A stretch of DNA of 64,000 bases from Diadema antillarum (Eukaryota): the NCBI RefSeq assembly GCF_040938485.1, contig NW_027272215.1, positions 496,001 to 560,000 on the forward strand, read 5' to 3'. The translations under genes and the position numbers were made by a program. Each line of letters begins with the position of its first letter. The first letter of the stretch is position 1. Below the pieces are notes generated by a model. It saw nothing but the letters and a program-made list of their open reading frames with translations. It made no database searches and had not been told where the DNA came from. Of this stretch, positions 1 through 12,758 are shown piece by piece.

Positions 1-592
1 CTGGCAATTACTGGCAGCAACATCAGGAGAATGGAATAATGGTTAAATGCGAGCGAGCGAAGCGAGCAAGCTTCAAAATTTTGACATTTTACAGTCCAAA
101 AACTGCCGTTTGTAGCTATATTTTTTGCTTTGGAAGTTAAGGGGGGCGCACCGGGCGCAACTGCCGGCAATAACTGGCAGCAACATCAGGAGAATGGCAT
201 AACGATTAAATGCGAGGGAGCGAAGCGAGTGAGCTTGAAAATTGTCGTTTGTGGCTGTATACTTTCGCTTTGGAAATTAAGGGGGCGCACCGGGCGAAAA
301 CTGCTGGCAATTACTGGCAGCAACATCAGGAGAATGGCATTAATTAAATGCGAGCGAGCGAAGCGAGCGAGCTTCAAAATTTTGACATTTTACAGTCCCA
401 AAACTGCCGTTTGTAGCTACATTTTTCGCTTTGGAAATTAAGGGGGGCGCACCGGGCGCAACTGCTGTCAGTCACTGGCAACGTCAGGAGAATGGCATAG
501 TGGTTAAATGCGAGCGAGCGGAGCGAGCGAGCTTTAAAATTTTGACATTTTACACTCCAAACACTCCCGTTTGTAGCTATATTTTTCGCTTT
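1..592. repeat. Tandem array of ~140-163 bp units (about 4 copies) containing GCGAGCGAGCGAAGCGAGC and GGGGGCGCACCGGGCGCAAC motifs
   Basis: The block ctggcaGcaacatcaggagaatgg...ttaaatgcgagcgagcg recurs near 3, 166, 307 and 466. The array runs off the window start. Confidence 0.85.
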
Positions 593-2840
593 TGTTTGTC
601 CCACTTTTATGAGGGGACCATCCCCCCCCCCATCAACGCCTCTGCATATGAGGGTGCTTTTGTTAAGTGAAAGATCTACTGCACACTCTTTGATAAGGGA
701 AATATACGTCAATTTCAAAAGTGTACAAAGTTTATCGAAAGGGATCCTGTATAGTGGAGCTTTTGCAGGTTCATGATTGCAATACAACGATCTGGTGCAT
801 AGTTTTGGCGATATTTGGACAATTTTCCATTAAGAAAGTTCGAGATTTGTCCTCATCTCGGGAATTGCTTGGGTAATAAATGATTTGTCTGCCTAAACAC
901 TTCCGTAGGGGCGGGGCAAATGCCCCTTTGCCCCCCCCCCCCCCCCCCAAATAGATTCGACGCCCCTGATCTTCCCTGGTCGGTATGCCCATAGATGTAT
1001 CCTGACTGAGTCATCAGTCACTGTCGTTTCTCAGGAATGATTCAGGAAATGGAGGGGGTTCAATTATGGCGATATAGTTTTTGTTATTGTTTGTTTGTTT
1101 TCGTACATATTTTGCAGAAGGTCCCCAGTTACTCGCGTCATAGCATGTTTACATGTAGGCCTACACTATTTGACGTTGTCAACGTCTGAGCCATACCTTA
1201 CAGTGTATGTCGATGTTACTTAATTCTTCGCGAGCGAGCGAAGCGAGGGAGCGCTTGAGAAAATTATGTATACATTTTCCTACAAGATAGAATACTGTTC
1301 AGCTCTGTTACCTGTCTGAAGGCCGGCGTACAAACGTCATGCAATATGCCAAAATTGAAACAATCACATTTCTGCTTCCTCCATTTTTTCCCCTCAAAAT
1401 TCAGGGGGGGGGGGGATGATTGTACAGGCCATCCCCCCCTCCCTTATCCCCCCCCCCATCCCCCCCCCCCTGGATTTACGCCCATGGTGTGTGTGTGTCT
1501 GTCTGTGTGTGTGCGTGCGTGTGTCTGTCTGAGTGTGTGTGTCTGTGAGAGACACTTGAATTACTTGAATTCTGTCGTGATTTCATATTTGTGTATTTTG
1601 TTCACGTTGTTATAAGCTGACCCAATAATATAATCAAAATGGTCAGAAATTAATTAAAGATTAGAAAACACAATAAAAATAGGGTTCATTACTTGGATAT
1701 AGGATATCGGAAACGAAACCAACGCGAGTTTTAATAGGTATATTCATATCAACTTACTTTTAGTAAAGATATACTTACACAACTGGTTTATGATACATCG
1801 GATGCATGCTGTTTAAACATCTACTGTAGACATTCCTCTCATACCATAACAGCAGTACGTGATTATGTCGCCCGAAGTTCAGCTATAAAGCTCAGAAAAT
1901 CTAGTCAACCGAGGCCCCCTCATTAACATTATTATGTTCCTTCCTTTCGTGATTAAGAGCTCCTTCTACATTTCCTTTCATAATTTGGAATAGGCGCTGC
2001 CGATCTCTCCCCCCCCCCCCCCTCCCATCTCTCTCTTTCGCCCCGGCTCTATCGGTCTTTTACTCTCCCTTTCTTCGAGCGGGTAAGCGTCGCAGGTGGA
2101 GCGTTAACTCTAGATGAGGTCGCCAGCGATTCGAAACAGTCAGTCTGAGATAGCCGGCACCATATGCTGTCGCCACAGATGTGGCGCATCATCGCCATCA
2201 TCGCTTATTTGAGATGCTTGTGTACTATGACCATAGCCAAGACCGAAGAAATCAAGTTGAAATTATGCTAAATATCTCTTTAAATGATGTCGCTTTGTTC
2301 TAAAGTAGTCTAAAATCATAAAACGAATCATTGTCTGAGCAATGGTTGCAGTTCTTACAAACATTTGTGTTCTTATGCGTTCAATTCAAGGAAAACATGT
2401 CATTGTTGCAATTCTCGGGATCGCCAATACGCAGAAAACTTCTGAAAAGCCTTGTCACGGATGCACTGTGGGATTCCTCGGTGCCATTGTCGCTAGGCCA
2501 TAGTCTCATTTCCAATGCTATTTAATCAATTTCGTCTGATTTTCTTTTGTTGCTGCTTTTTTTCTTCAGTTAGAATTCAACTAACAAAAAAAGAGTTTAA
2601 CATTTCAGACTTTTATCATAAGATGGGCATCAGAATCTCTGCAATCTGATTGGTCAATTGTCATGCATTGATTTTTACTGATCCACACTGAGCAGTACGT
2701 CCGGTAAAATCCGAACGCATGGCCATGCGTCCTGTAAAATCCGAAGGCATGGCTCAAGTCTTGTATAGTGTTGTAGGTGTACCGGACGCATAATGGGGAA
2801 AATGGTTGTATTTAATGAATTTATTGGCCCATTCTATAAC

Positions 2841-3010
2841 ACAAATGATGCACAGGCCTATTTTGTGAATCAGTGAGAATTGGATGTTCTCGTTTAACTT
2901 TGGAACGGTCTAAAACCCACGAGCGCAGCGAATGGGTTTAAAGAGCTCCAAAGTTAAACTCACGCATCCAATTCTCACCGATCCACTCTGTCCTGAGCAT
3001 CATTTTGTAT
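2841..3010. mobile_element. Foldback/MITE-like imperfect inverted repeat
   Basis: atgatgcacagg...gtgagaattggatg...tttaactttgga pairs with tccaaagttaaa...catccaattctcac...cctgagcatcat. Confidence 0.6.
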
Positions 3011-3529
3011 ACTGATCACATTGACGTCAGTATAGAGTCATGATTCACTATTGCAAGGCTTCAATGTGCTGGTCACAATATATGGAAAGCGAAGAAATCT
3101 TCACCAAAAAATACCCCTGGGTAAAGACGGAACGTTACCTGAGTTCATAATAATTGATATGCAGCCAAACCGGGGCAATTTGTCCCCTGAGCTATCCCAT
3201 AATGCATCTAAAACGCTGCTCTGCACACGGCACCTAGGTACTGGCGATATCGAGACTTGCAAGGTATGCCCGGTCTTCGCTCCTCACCCCTCCAATTATA
3301 CTCAAACACAAAGAAACGTCAGAATATTACGGGTCAACTGATTGAAAAGCGATTTCACGCAGCGGCATATCCCTCTCGTAAAGCGGTTCCCTTTGAAATT
3401 TGCAAGTTAGAACTTCGTGTAGAACTTCGGTTTAAAAAATAGTAATGTGATACTATTTTTACAACACAAATAAATCCGTGTAACCACTCTGCAACTACTT
3501 GCAAACAAGCATGCTTACACCGCGGTGTA

Positions 3530-3589
3530 TATCTTTATCCTGTTTACGTCGTCCCGGTGCACCGGGACGACGTAAACAGGATAAAGATA
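3530..3589. repeat. Perfect 60-bp palindrome with no spacer
   Basis: tatctttatcctgtttacgtcgtcccggtg|caccgggacgacgtaaacaggataaagata; the arms are exact reverse complements. Confidence 0.95.
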
Positions 3590-5946
3590 ATCTATTAGGC
3601 TATACAAAATCATAACATTCATACTAGTCTAATACAAATCTTGTGCTGTATTTTGAAAAATACAAAATTTGTATGACAGCACAGTCCAATTTAAGTCATA
3701 AGTTTTTTATTTCTGATTACCTTGATCAGGATCTGGATGTTTATACTTTCAAATAATCACTAAGTACTATAGTATGATAGAACTGGGCGATTAGACATGT
3801 GCATATAGTATGAAATACATTCCATTTTACGTACTGAAAATTTCTATACTGTTATGACTCAAAGAATGTCCATCTGTCGTGAAATTTGAGTGGATAATGC
3901 TTGATTCCCGTCATAAATTATGTACCTAAGGAACCTGAAAAAAAAAAATCACTCGCTTAAGCAGATCTACATTTCAGGTAAAACATATAGAGATTTATTA
4001 CCGAACATTGATGACAGCTTCATCAACATTTATAAGTTTTCAGATTTAACTGTGACAGACATCTGTGAAAAAAATTGAGCAAAATTCGTCGAAAGATGTG
4101 GCTTCTATAAAGCCACATTTTCGTTAAAGTGGCATCGCATGTGCACATTTTTGACAACAGTACACCGCTTTAGGTCAAAGTTATATGTAACGATGGCGTG
4201 GTGCCCTTTAATAAGAATAATTACCCAGACAGCACTTCAATTTGACATGGACACGTGCACATCATATAAGAAGCAAATCTTTATGTCTAATAGGGATATG
4301 AATTAATTGCCTTCCGGTGTGCCTGGGCCGTGACGTGAGTGGTCATCCTTTAGCTCATCTTAGACTGCTGTTTGAAGACGGCAAAAGATATCTTGTCTGT
4401 CAAAAGATATCGTGTGTCTGTCTGGAAGAGCAATAGAATAAACAGAATAGTTCTCAGAACTGTCCCTATCATCACACATTATTTTCTTTTCTTTCGTACT
4501 GTGGGAAGGGAACCGGAAATCGTGTTTCATTTTGTCTGGAAGGGAAAAAGTAAGATTCGTAGAAAGCGCAATCCATGCAGTTTTTCGGTCATGCACCGTG
4601 CCAAAAATTCTTTGTCAGTGACATGTCACTCCTCACGACTTCACTAACGACCTGAGACAATTTTTTGCTTTTTATGTATAATCACTTTACTTACCCCCAC
4701 ACTTTTCATTTCATTTCATTTCATCTAATTTCTTTTCATTTCATATCATTATTAATTGTCAATTATACTTTGATTTGATAAGTCGAATTCAAATACGTAG
4801 CTGTGACTTTTTTGTGTCGCTTTACAATCTCATGTGATTGTGTTATTCAGTTGCATGATATCACATCTCACATCTTAGCCAAAATGTCAACAAACCCATA
4901 GAATTTTCTTTGTATTTTTGTAATCTCACTCTTCTGTTGATATCTTACATATCGAAAAGAATGAGCTGAATACTCTGACATCCTTACTTCACCGATCATT
5001 AGTTTTAAGGAGATATGAATCTACTGAGAGGATTGATAGGAGTTTTGATAGATGGAAAATCAGGCAGAACTATTTTTTTTTTAGTTGGCAACTATTAAAA
5101 GTTTCCATATCTCCTGCGATTTTTCACGAAAAGGAAACAAAACTATTCAGATAATTGATTTAGAATGGCAATGTGGCTGATAGAAGAGAATGACATCGAC
5201 TCTTGTATAAAGAGGCCCTGGGGTCGGTCCTCTCAGGTGTGTGTGCACCCTCTGGCGCCATCCGGACCTTCTACTGCTGGGGTATTGCCAAAGCACAGGT
5301 TACCCAGGGATTTCAGTGTCAACTTCCGCACTGCTACTCCTACTGAGACAATTGAAATCTATGCCTTCATTACATGCATGTGCTATGAAAAATATAGAAG
5401 ATGTGATATGTTGCTTCTGTTCAAAATGTAATCAACGTTACATAGAAGTAACTACTTCTCAAAGTAGTGTCACAAATTATGTTACCTGAAGAGTACGTAA
5501 TATAATATATGATTGATATTTTACAGTGTTTTACTGTAGTTCAGTTGGCATCAGCGCCCGAGATCGCTTCCAGTTAAAACGAATATTGCAATAATTTGAA
5601 GAATTTACTCCTTGCTATGATACCTTGTCCAATCTGGTCACGTGGACTAGATTAAAATAGTTAAAAAAACAACAATATACACATCGGAAAGCGTATGTCT
5701 TTCATTATACAGTATAACATAAACGCGTGTATTCCTCTCTGTGAGCTTCAGATTCCAAATATAGAACGCAAGGTTTTCGACAGTTCTACATCTTACTAAG
5801 ATTTTTGAGTACACGTATAACCACACAAGATATTTATAATGGACAAGACAAGCGTTATAAACAGTGTATACCATACACAGCCGAATTCTCCTCTTCCCGA
5901 AGGATTGATACAATTATTAATCAATCAAAATTATCTCTACTTAAAG

Positions 5947-6246
5947 GGAGACTTGGATTCTGGACCCTGATTTACAACCAGGGTTTCGAGGTCGTGATCA
6001 GGAACAAGAAGTTCTTCGGTTTCTCGGACTACGAGAAGATCTCGAAGAAGAAGGTCATCAGCTACTGCAACGTGACCATCGGCTGGGCTCACAACGATGA
6101 CCAGACGGATTGGTCCTGCTTCCGGGGCGAACAGATCTCGCGTTTCCGGGACACCGGTTCCTCTGTGAAGGCCCTGGACTTGGAAAACCTGGAGTCGCAA
6201 TTCGACGAACACGCCGTACATCGGAAAAACGATAAGTTTATCGCAG
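5947..6246 (+). CDS. CTSC: Cathepsin C-like exon: C-terminal part of the exclusion domain and start of the propeptide
   Basis: AG acceptor at 5945-46 and GT donor at 6247 (gtaagg), phase 1/1. Translates GRLGFWTLIYNQGFEVVIRNKKFFGFSDY...SYCNVTIGWAHNDDQTDWSCFRGE, matching the cathepsin C pattern GHFTIIYNQGFEIV...YCNETMTGWVHD...WACF. Confidence 0.92.
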
Positions 6247-6302
6247 GTAAGGCTCCTACCCTGGCGTTACAGTTACACCAGACATGTGACCTGACGGTTC
6301 TA

Positions 6303-6504
6303 GGCAATTACCCATGGGCGATTACTCCAGACCTTTCTCCTGACCCTAACCCTAATCCTAATCATGAACCTAATCCTAACCCTAACCCAAACTCTAACCA
6401 TAAACCTAAACCTCAGCCTAATCTTTACTCTAACATTATTGATAACCAGTATTTAGATGGGAGGCAATTGTCTGGGGGGCAATTGTCCTCGGGAGGTAAT
6501 TGCC
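6303..6504. mobile_element. Small non-autonomous element with a degenerate telomere-like (CCCTAA)n core
   Basis: A ccctaa/cctaat hexamer run at ~6339-6433 lies between 10-bp inverted repeats ggcaattacc (6303) and ggtaattgcc (6495). It sits in a CTSC intron. Confidence 0.6.
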
Positions 6505-7111
6505 CTGATAAGGAACTGACAATATACGCAAAAGGCGGGAAAGGATCTATGTAGCTATTGAATTGACTGGAATAGACCAGTGTGCTAAAATATTCACGTT
6601 TTATGCCTTATGCCCTTTATTATTACAAAGGGTGTTCTCAACAAGCACAAAGCTTCCTTCTCCGATACACCAACAAGTGGGGCCTAAAGCAATATCTACA
6701 TAAACAGCAATGTTGTCATCAATCATTATCTCTATGTTAAAACATAGATACTTTATTGTCAATGAAGAATAAAATAGAATAGACATGCATTCTTTAAGCA
6801 GACAGCAACGTAAAATTATCCAATTGCCTGGATTTATATAAAAGAAGTAATCTGCATGTTCCCGATTTTCTAAAGTTCAAATCAGCCTCCGTGGTTGAGC
6901 AAGTCGTGGTAGAATTTCCCATTTACTGTTCTCTTAAAACATTGTTTCATGGGTGGACTTCAATTTCGCATTCGCAAACTTTCCTCTTCAAATCAAAACA
7001 TTTTCGCATCGACAAAGAGCAATGATTATCTGGTTGTATGTTCATAGATCTTATGAATATCAACGCGATTGTAATCATGTCCTGCTCTGCTAAAAAAACT
7101 TAATGTTCCAG

Positions 7112-7261
7112 CAATAAACCAGCACCAGAACTCTTGGACTGCTACCTACTACAAGCGCTACAAGAATCTGACTCTTGGGGACCTGCGTCGTCGAGCTGGT
7201 GGCAAACTGCATAAGAGGGTGTACCCCAACGTGGCCCCGGTAGATGACGACACGCGTGAAG
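7112..7261 (+). CDS. CTSC: Cathepsin C-like propeptide exon
   Basis: ttccag acceptor and gtaaga donor, phase 1/1. (A)INQHQNSWTATYYKRYKNLTLGDLRRRAGG matches [31 protein letters not shown]. Confidence 0.92.
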
Positions 7262-7289
7262 GTAAGACGCTTGTCCAGTGATGTATTAT

Positions 7290-7685
7290 AGGGATAGTAC
7301 AGTTCCGGTTGGGATGGGACTTCAAGTTTCCATTTTCTTTTTTGATTTTTTCTTTTGAGATAATGAGAAACCTCTTATGAAATATGGAAGACCAAATAAT
7401 TCTAAGGGGAATTCAAAGTTTACTTGATGAACGTTGGTTTTGAAATGGCCGAGATATCCAAATCAAAACAATCCTAATAAAAAAATGGGACCCACCTTTA
7501 TTAGGTTCGCTTTGTTTTACTTTGTTTTTGGATATATCAGCCATTTCAAAACCGATTTTCATCAAATACACCTTGAATTCCTGTTCAAATTGTATGCTCT
7601 TTAACATTTATAAAGTGGTTTCTGAAGTATCTCGAAGAAAAGTTCAAAGCTGAATCCTCATCTCAACCAATACTATACCATCCCT
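7290..7685. mobile_element. MITE with 4-bp TTAT target duplication (TTAA-type, Kolobok/piggyBac-like)
   Basis: Termini agggatagtacag / tactataccatccct are flanked by ttat on both sides. Same family as 18955-19240 and 21213-21604 (shared aatgagaaacctcttatgaaatat, aaaccgattttcatcaaata). Confidence 0.75.
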
Positions 7686-9874
7686 TTATTCGTTCAGCAA
7701 TCAATATCACTCTGGTTTAATGGCTTCTGACAAAATCTTTCTTTGAGATTCCATGCATTCATTTATACGTTGCATGGACCTGTTACAGAACTTTTAAGAT
7801 TGAGTAAAAAACGCAATCGATCAACAAACAAGAGTATCCAAATCGGCAGATACTTTATCAACATGTAAAAGAAGTACATGTATTCCTATTTCGAAGTCAT
7901 GCTTTTTCGTAATGGTTCATTTGTATCAACCCGTCGTCTGTCATTCTGTTTCATTCCAATTAGGAAATAATAATGTCCATTGTTTGACTGCGCATGCCTC
8001 TGTTAGTGTTTCATGCCGATATTCTCACAAACACGCATGCGCGGAGGCAGACAGACGACTTTGGGCAAATCAGTGAAGCGTGAAATTCCTGCCGTTTTGT
8101 TTTTGCTTTTTCTCTCTCTACCATGTCTATAAAAAAGGCCATGATGTACATTGCGCAATTATCATTCGTGTACAATAGATGTAGTCCCGGTACCTAACTT
8201 TAGTGTACATTATTGTTGTTGTCTGTGTACCTTTTTGATATTTCCTATGATGAATCATGCCGTCACGCGGGAGAATTCCTGGGGGCGGGGGTCCCTGGGA
8301 GAAGTCATTTCCCAGGGGTTTGATAGTAAAATCCTGGGGCCACGGAACATTTTTTTTTTCGTGTGTGTGTGTGTGTGTGTGTGTGCTTATGGGGGGGCGG
8401 GGTGCGGGGGCTGGGGACGGGGTCAAATGTAGTACCGTGGTTGGGTTAATAGTACTGATTTCCCACTTTGATTAGGGAACCAAACACTGTAAGCCTAAAG
8501 GAAAAAATGAAACGTGAAAAATTACGAGAATAATCAAAGTAATATAATTAGAACTAATCTCTAATTATTTCTCTCCAATAGCATCTATATTGCTATCCAA
8601 CCATGCTATCCTAAAAACATAGTGGAAGGGAGTTCCCGCCATTTTTTTTTTCTTGATGAAGATGCACCTGGCGAATTAATGTTAGTGCCATCCATACTGA
8701 AATGGAACTAATGGACTGCCGAGTGTCATTATTATTTCGTGACAGAGTTGAGTTGGCAAAGTCGATTGTGATTATCTGCCCTTAACAGTGATTGTACACA
8801 GATATTAATCTTATTTGTTCTTGTTATAACTCTGACTTGAAAATGCTATGAGGACTTGAATGTAGCCCTTGATGTCTACAAATAATAGTTCCTACCTGTT
8901 CAGAATGTAGTAATTTATTTGTATTTATTCACTCATTTATCTTGCCAATTTTCTTATTTACCCACTTATCTATTCTTAATGGGGAAAGCAAATGTTATAC
9001 CGTGTGAAATTAAGATTATTTAAAACCAGTGAAATGAGAATGGTTGTGAGGTAATGCTGTCCTTCCTTTTTGCAACATGCAAGGAATGAAGAAGAAGCAG
9101 TTCATCCACGAGATCTCCGTTTGGGATTTGTTGTAAACCCGAGACCTCTCCCAGAGCGAGTCTTCTATCGTTTAAGTGTATTCAATAAAGTAGACAGAGC
9201 TCGGACAAAACGAAGATGGAGAGTTTTGTTTACAAAGTATAGACCTGAGGGATTCAAAGAAACAAGTATGTCACTTGATCACGCATCGGAGTTCAAGAAC
9301 GGTACAAGGAAGACTTTCGCCCGATGCCTCAAGCTGAACCCTCTGGGTGCCATAATAATTACCAGTCCGTAGGTTTTATGCGTGAAATTTGACTCCTTGA
9401 AACAGAAGGTGTTAAAGGAGTGTCCCATGTGATGTGATCTTGATGACCAAGCCGAGTGCCTGTCACAGATCACCTCGTGCTCTATCGGCGTGTCGGTCGC
9501 CACCGTAATCATGATGTAATGAGTAAAAAAAAATGATCGAGGACCGGATACATTCCTTCACTCTAATGTCGTAGACGACGGGTGACGATAGTGCGTTTTA
9601 ATTTTCAAGAGCAAGTGCTTCGGTGACCACGCGAGGCAAAGCATGAAGAACCTACGATTTAAATTTAACGCCACCAATCATTTGGCTCCCAGTTATGGCA
9701 TTTCCAGACCAAACTCCGTGTTTTGATTGACATCTCAGCTAAACCCGTGCGATATAAGTTATGAGAAAATCATGTAAGATTTCCTATGTACTTCATCACC
9801 TTAATATTTATAGCAGTCTGTAATCAAGGAGTCCATCTTAGTTAACGTATTCATCCAAGCATCATATACTATAC

Positions 9875-9886
<12 letters not shown>

Positions 9887-9922
<36 letters not shown>
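9887..9922. repeat. (TA)n microsatellite
   Basis: Direct reading. Confidence 0.95.
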
Positions 9923-9923
<1 letters not shown>

Positions 9924-12584
9924 CCATGTAATATGCCTATCACGGGATATTCATTTTCGCATGTATTTTGTCAATTTACGGGTGTTTTTTTTTTCTTTTT
10001 GGTAATCATCACAAATATGTTCTGTTTATACATTGTCTGATTGTACATAATTTCTCTGTTTATCTCAAGGAAAGAAAAATAAATTTGAATCCTGAATCTT
10101 GAATCTTGAATCTACGGAGAACTTTTTTTTATATATATGCGGGGTGGGGATAAAGGGTCGTCCTCGTGTTTATGGGTCAAGGGTCATCATCCTGCCATGC
10201 TGCTGTATTGGTAATCAGAACTTGAAATATATCGAGGCGGCTAGGCAACTGCGTTTATCAAAATATGTGACAATACAATAAATATTCTGAAGGTGAATAC
10301 CACAAAAATCTCTTTGCAAAAAGTGTTTAACTTGGTAAATATAGTATCGTCGCTTTGGTAAAACTCTTCGTCTCCGCCCTTCCTCTAAAGAATTCAATAG
10401 GTATCAAGACGGCTTGTACTGTTTAGGCGTGAAGGTACATTAAAAACGACACTTCAGATATGATTATAATAAGATATTGGTTCACTGTGTGGTTACGGAA
10501 AAGCAAGCGCGTATAAATTTTTCGGATCTCACAGCGCAACGAGATTATTAGTCATAGTCTCAAGGCTGCTTTGGCTGGTGAGGGGAAATATATATACACA
10601 TATATAACGGCAACACCGCCCAGAGCTAGTATCTAATGACAGCACGAGCCTCCGAGCCCCAGACGAACGCTGCAGACCGTGAACGACCGTGCCGATAACT
10701 CAAGTTGCCATCTTCATATACTCCTCTGACGGGTAGACATAATATGGCATGCTAAAGGAAACGCCCGTACACTGCATCCCCTGACCATATGGAAATTAGA
10801 AATTTTCCCTTTTTTCGGTTGTAGTATCTATTCGAGAATGACCTATCCGTTCTCACTGTTCAACCTTAGCTCTCTATCTCTAGCCATTATAGTAATTGAG
10901 TCTATGAGAACATCTTGCAACCTGAAAAATATCTTTAATGATTTATAAATTAATAAATAGACAAAATAGATGGATACGATATAACCTAAATGTTAATGAT
11001 ATTTCAAAACAACAGAACATTTTTTTTTTGTGGATCAATGTAAGTCTATTGTTCAGATTTATATTTATATGATGATCTCATCATTTATGTCTTTCCAGCG
11101 ATCACGTCTTAATCGCGTGAAATTATAGATATTAACATTAAACAATATTATGTATACTGTGAAAGCCTATTGTGTTATGTGCATAACATTGCAATGAAAT
11201 CATAGCCCTGGAAAATTTGAGAACTATTGAAGATGTCAGCAAGTTTGAACTACTGATCTAAGACGTTCTAATTTGATGTTAAATCTTATCTGGTTTGTTA
11301 TGCGTGTTTGCTTGTTTGTACACACTATATGTGCATATTCATCAGAAGGTCATACACTCTAAATAACGTCTTTCGAAATATGATCAACACTTGAAATGTA
11401 TGAACAATTATGGCATCTAAAGATAAATATTACCATGGTTATCATTAATGTTGTAAGTGATATGATAATCAAAGGAAGGACGAGTATATTTGTGTAGGCA
11501 AAGAATGAAGTGTTAGCAATAAAGATATCAAATACTTCATATATTAAAAGTAAACTATTACGGCATGGGCGTGTCATGCAATTTTCTTTTTTTAATAAAT
11601 TGACTTTCATTTCCACTTTCACTTGTAAACATAACACAAAATGAAACACATTAAAATTTCGCACATAGCTAGTAATGATTAACACAATAATGCTCCCTGA
11701 AACAAGACGAAAGTACAGATTATCAATTTTGAAGTTAACAAATACAACCTAATAGATGACGTTGAATATATTAATTACATAATTCCGGGGAACAAAACAG
11801 AAATTAAAGTGTCTTTGCAGTCATTAGATCTTGCTAATTTTATAGGGAGAAACCTACTGAAAAGCTAATAGAATTACTAAAATAAGTGAGAGAGAAAAAT
11901 AATATGGGTAGATTAGGAAAAATATTAAAGTACAACACAAAAACATACAAATATGCGATGTACACCAGGGTAAAGAAGGAAAAGTGGATTTTATCTTTTG
12001 GTGTTGATCTTCAAAGAGAGTTAGTGACCGAAGTTATCAGCTTTGTTTTGCTCTATTGGAAAACATATCATTATCAACGGGCAAGCTATACAGGTGAAAG
12101 TATAGCCGTGTAAAAGATCATCTTAAAAGCCACTTTATTCATGTTAATTGCTATATTCACTCTAGTAGAAATAGGTGTCGAACAGCTGGGATTTGGGAGG
12201 GTAAATGGTAACGCACTATTAGAAAGTGAATAAATGAATTCATGAGTAATATATGATCATTACGGCATGACAATCACTACTCCTGCGGTACACCAAGGTA
12301 AAATCATACTGCAGCTGTACGAGCAAGAATTCTTGAAACACATAAAAGCATAAAATATGACCCCAAAAACAAAACTAAAAAACTTTTTCAAAACCTTAGA
12401 TTCAATCTGCAATAAAACATATATCATTGAACGTGCTGCAAAATTCAATTAATCTATTTCATTGTATTACATTTCAACATTCATATTTACTTAAAACTGA
12501 GATTCTATATACGAAACTGGCAGTTCTATACATTTCAAACTAAATATTTGGCAAAACCTCAAAATTCAGTAAATATGGTCATTC

Positions 12585-12758
12585 CAGGGGCGGATCCAGG
12601 AATTCCGTAAAGGGGAGGCGCCTTTACAAAATTAAATGGGGCACACTCACCCACCCCCATCCCATTTTTTTCTTTTTGTTTAATAACCAAAAATGAAGAG
12701 GGGGCGCGCGCCCGGTGCCTTCACCCCGCCCCCCCCCCCCCCCCCGGATCCGCCACTG
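12585..12758. mobile_element. GC-rich MITE
   Basis: TIRs caggggcggatcc / ggatccgccactg. No clean TSD seen. Confidence 0.7.

Noticed and set aside
2179-2271. MWRIIAIIAYLRCLCTMTIAKTEEIK as the CTSC signal-peptide exon
   Set aside because: Hydrophobic, but there is no convincing donor, no DTPANC-like continuation, and it stops after 30 codons.
4310-4555. ETS/CRE-like motifs and a phase-1 donor at 4550 as CTSC exon 1
   Set aside because: The frame has no ATG and no similarity to the exclusion domain. The phase match has a 1-in-3 chance.
5805-6554. 249-aa ORF with PN repeats as a single-exon protein
   Set aside because: It is the CTSC exon 5947-6246 read through into intron sequence. The PNPN tract is simply the translated telomere-like repeat.
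9070-9512. GC-richer ORFs on both strands in the large CTSC intron
   Set aside because: No recognisable domain or splice structure in any frame examined.
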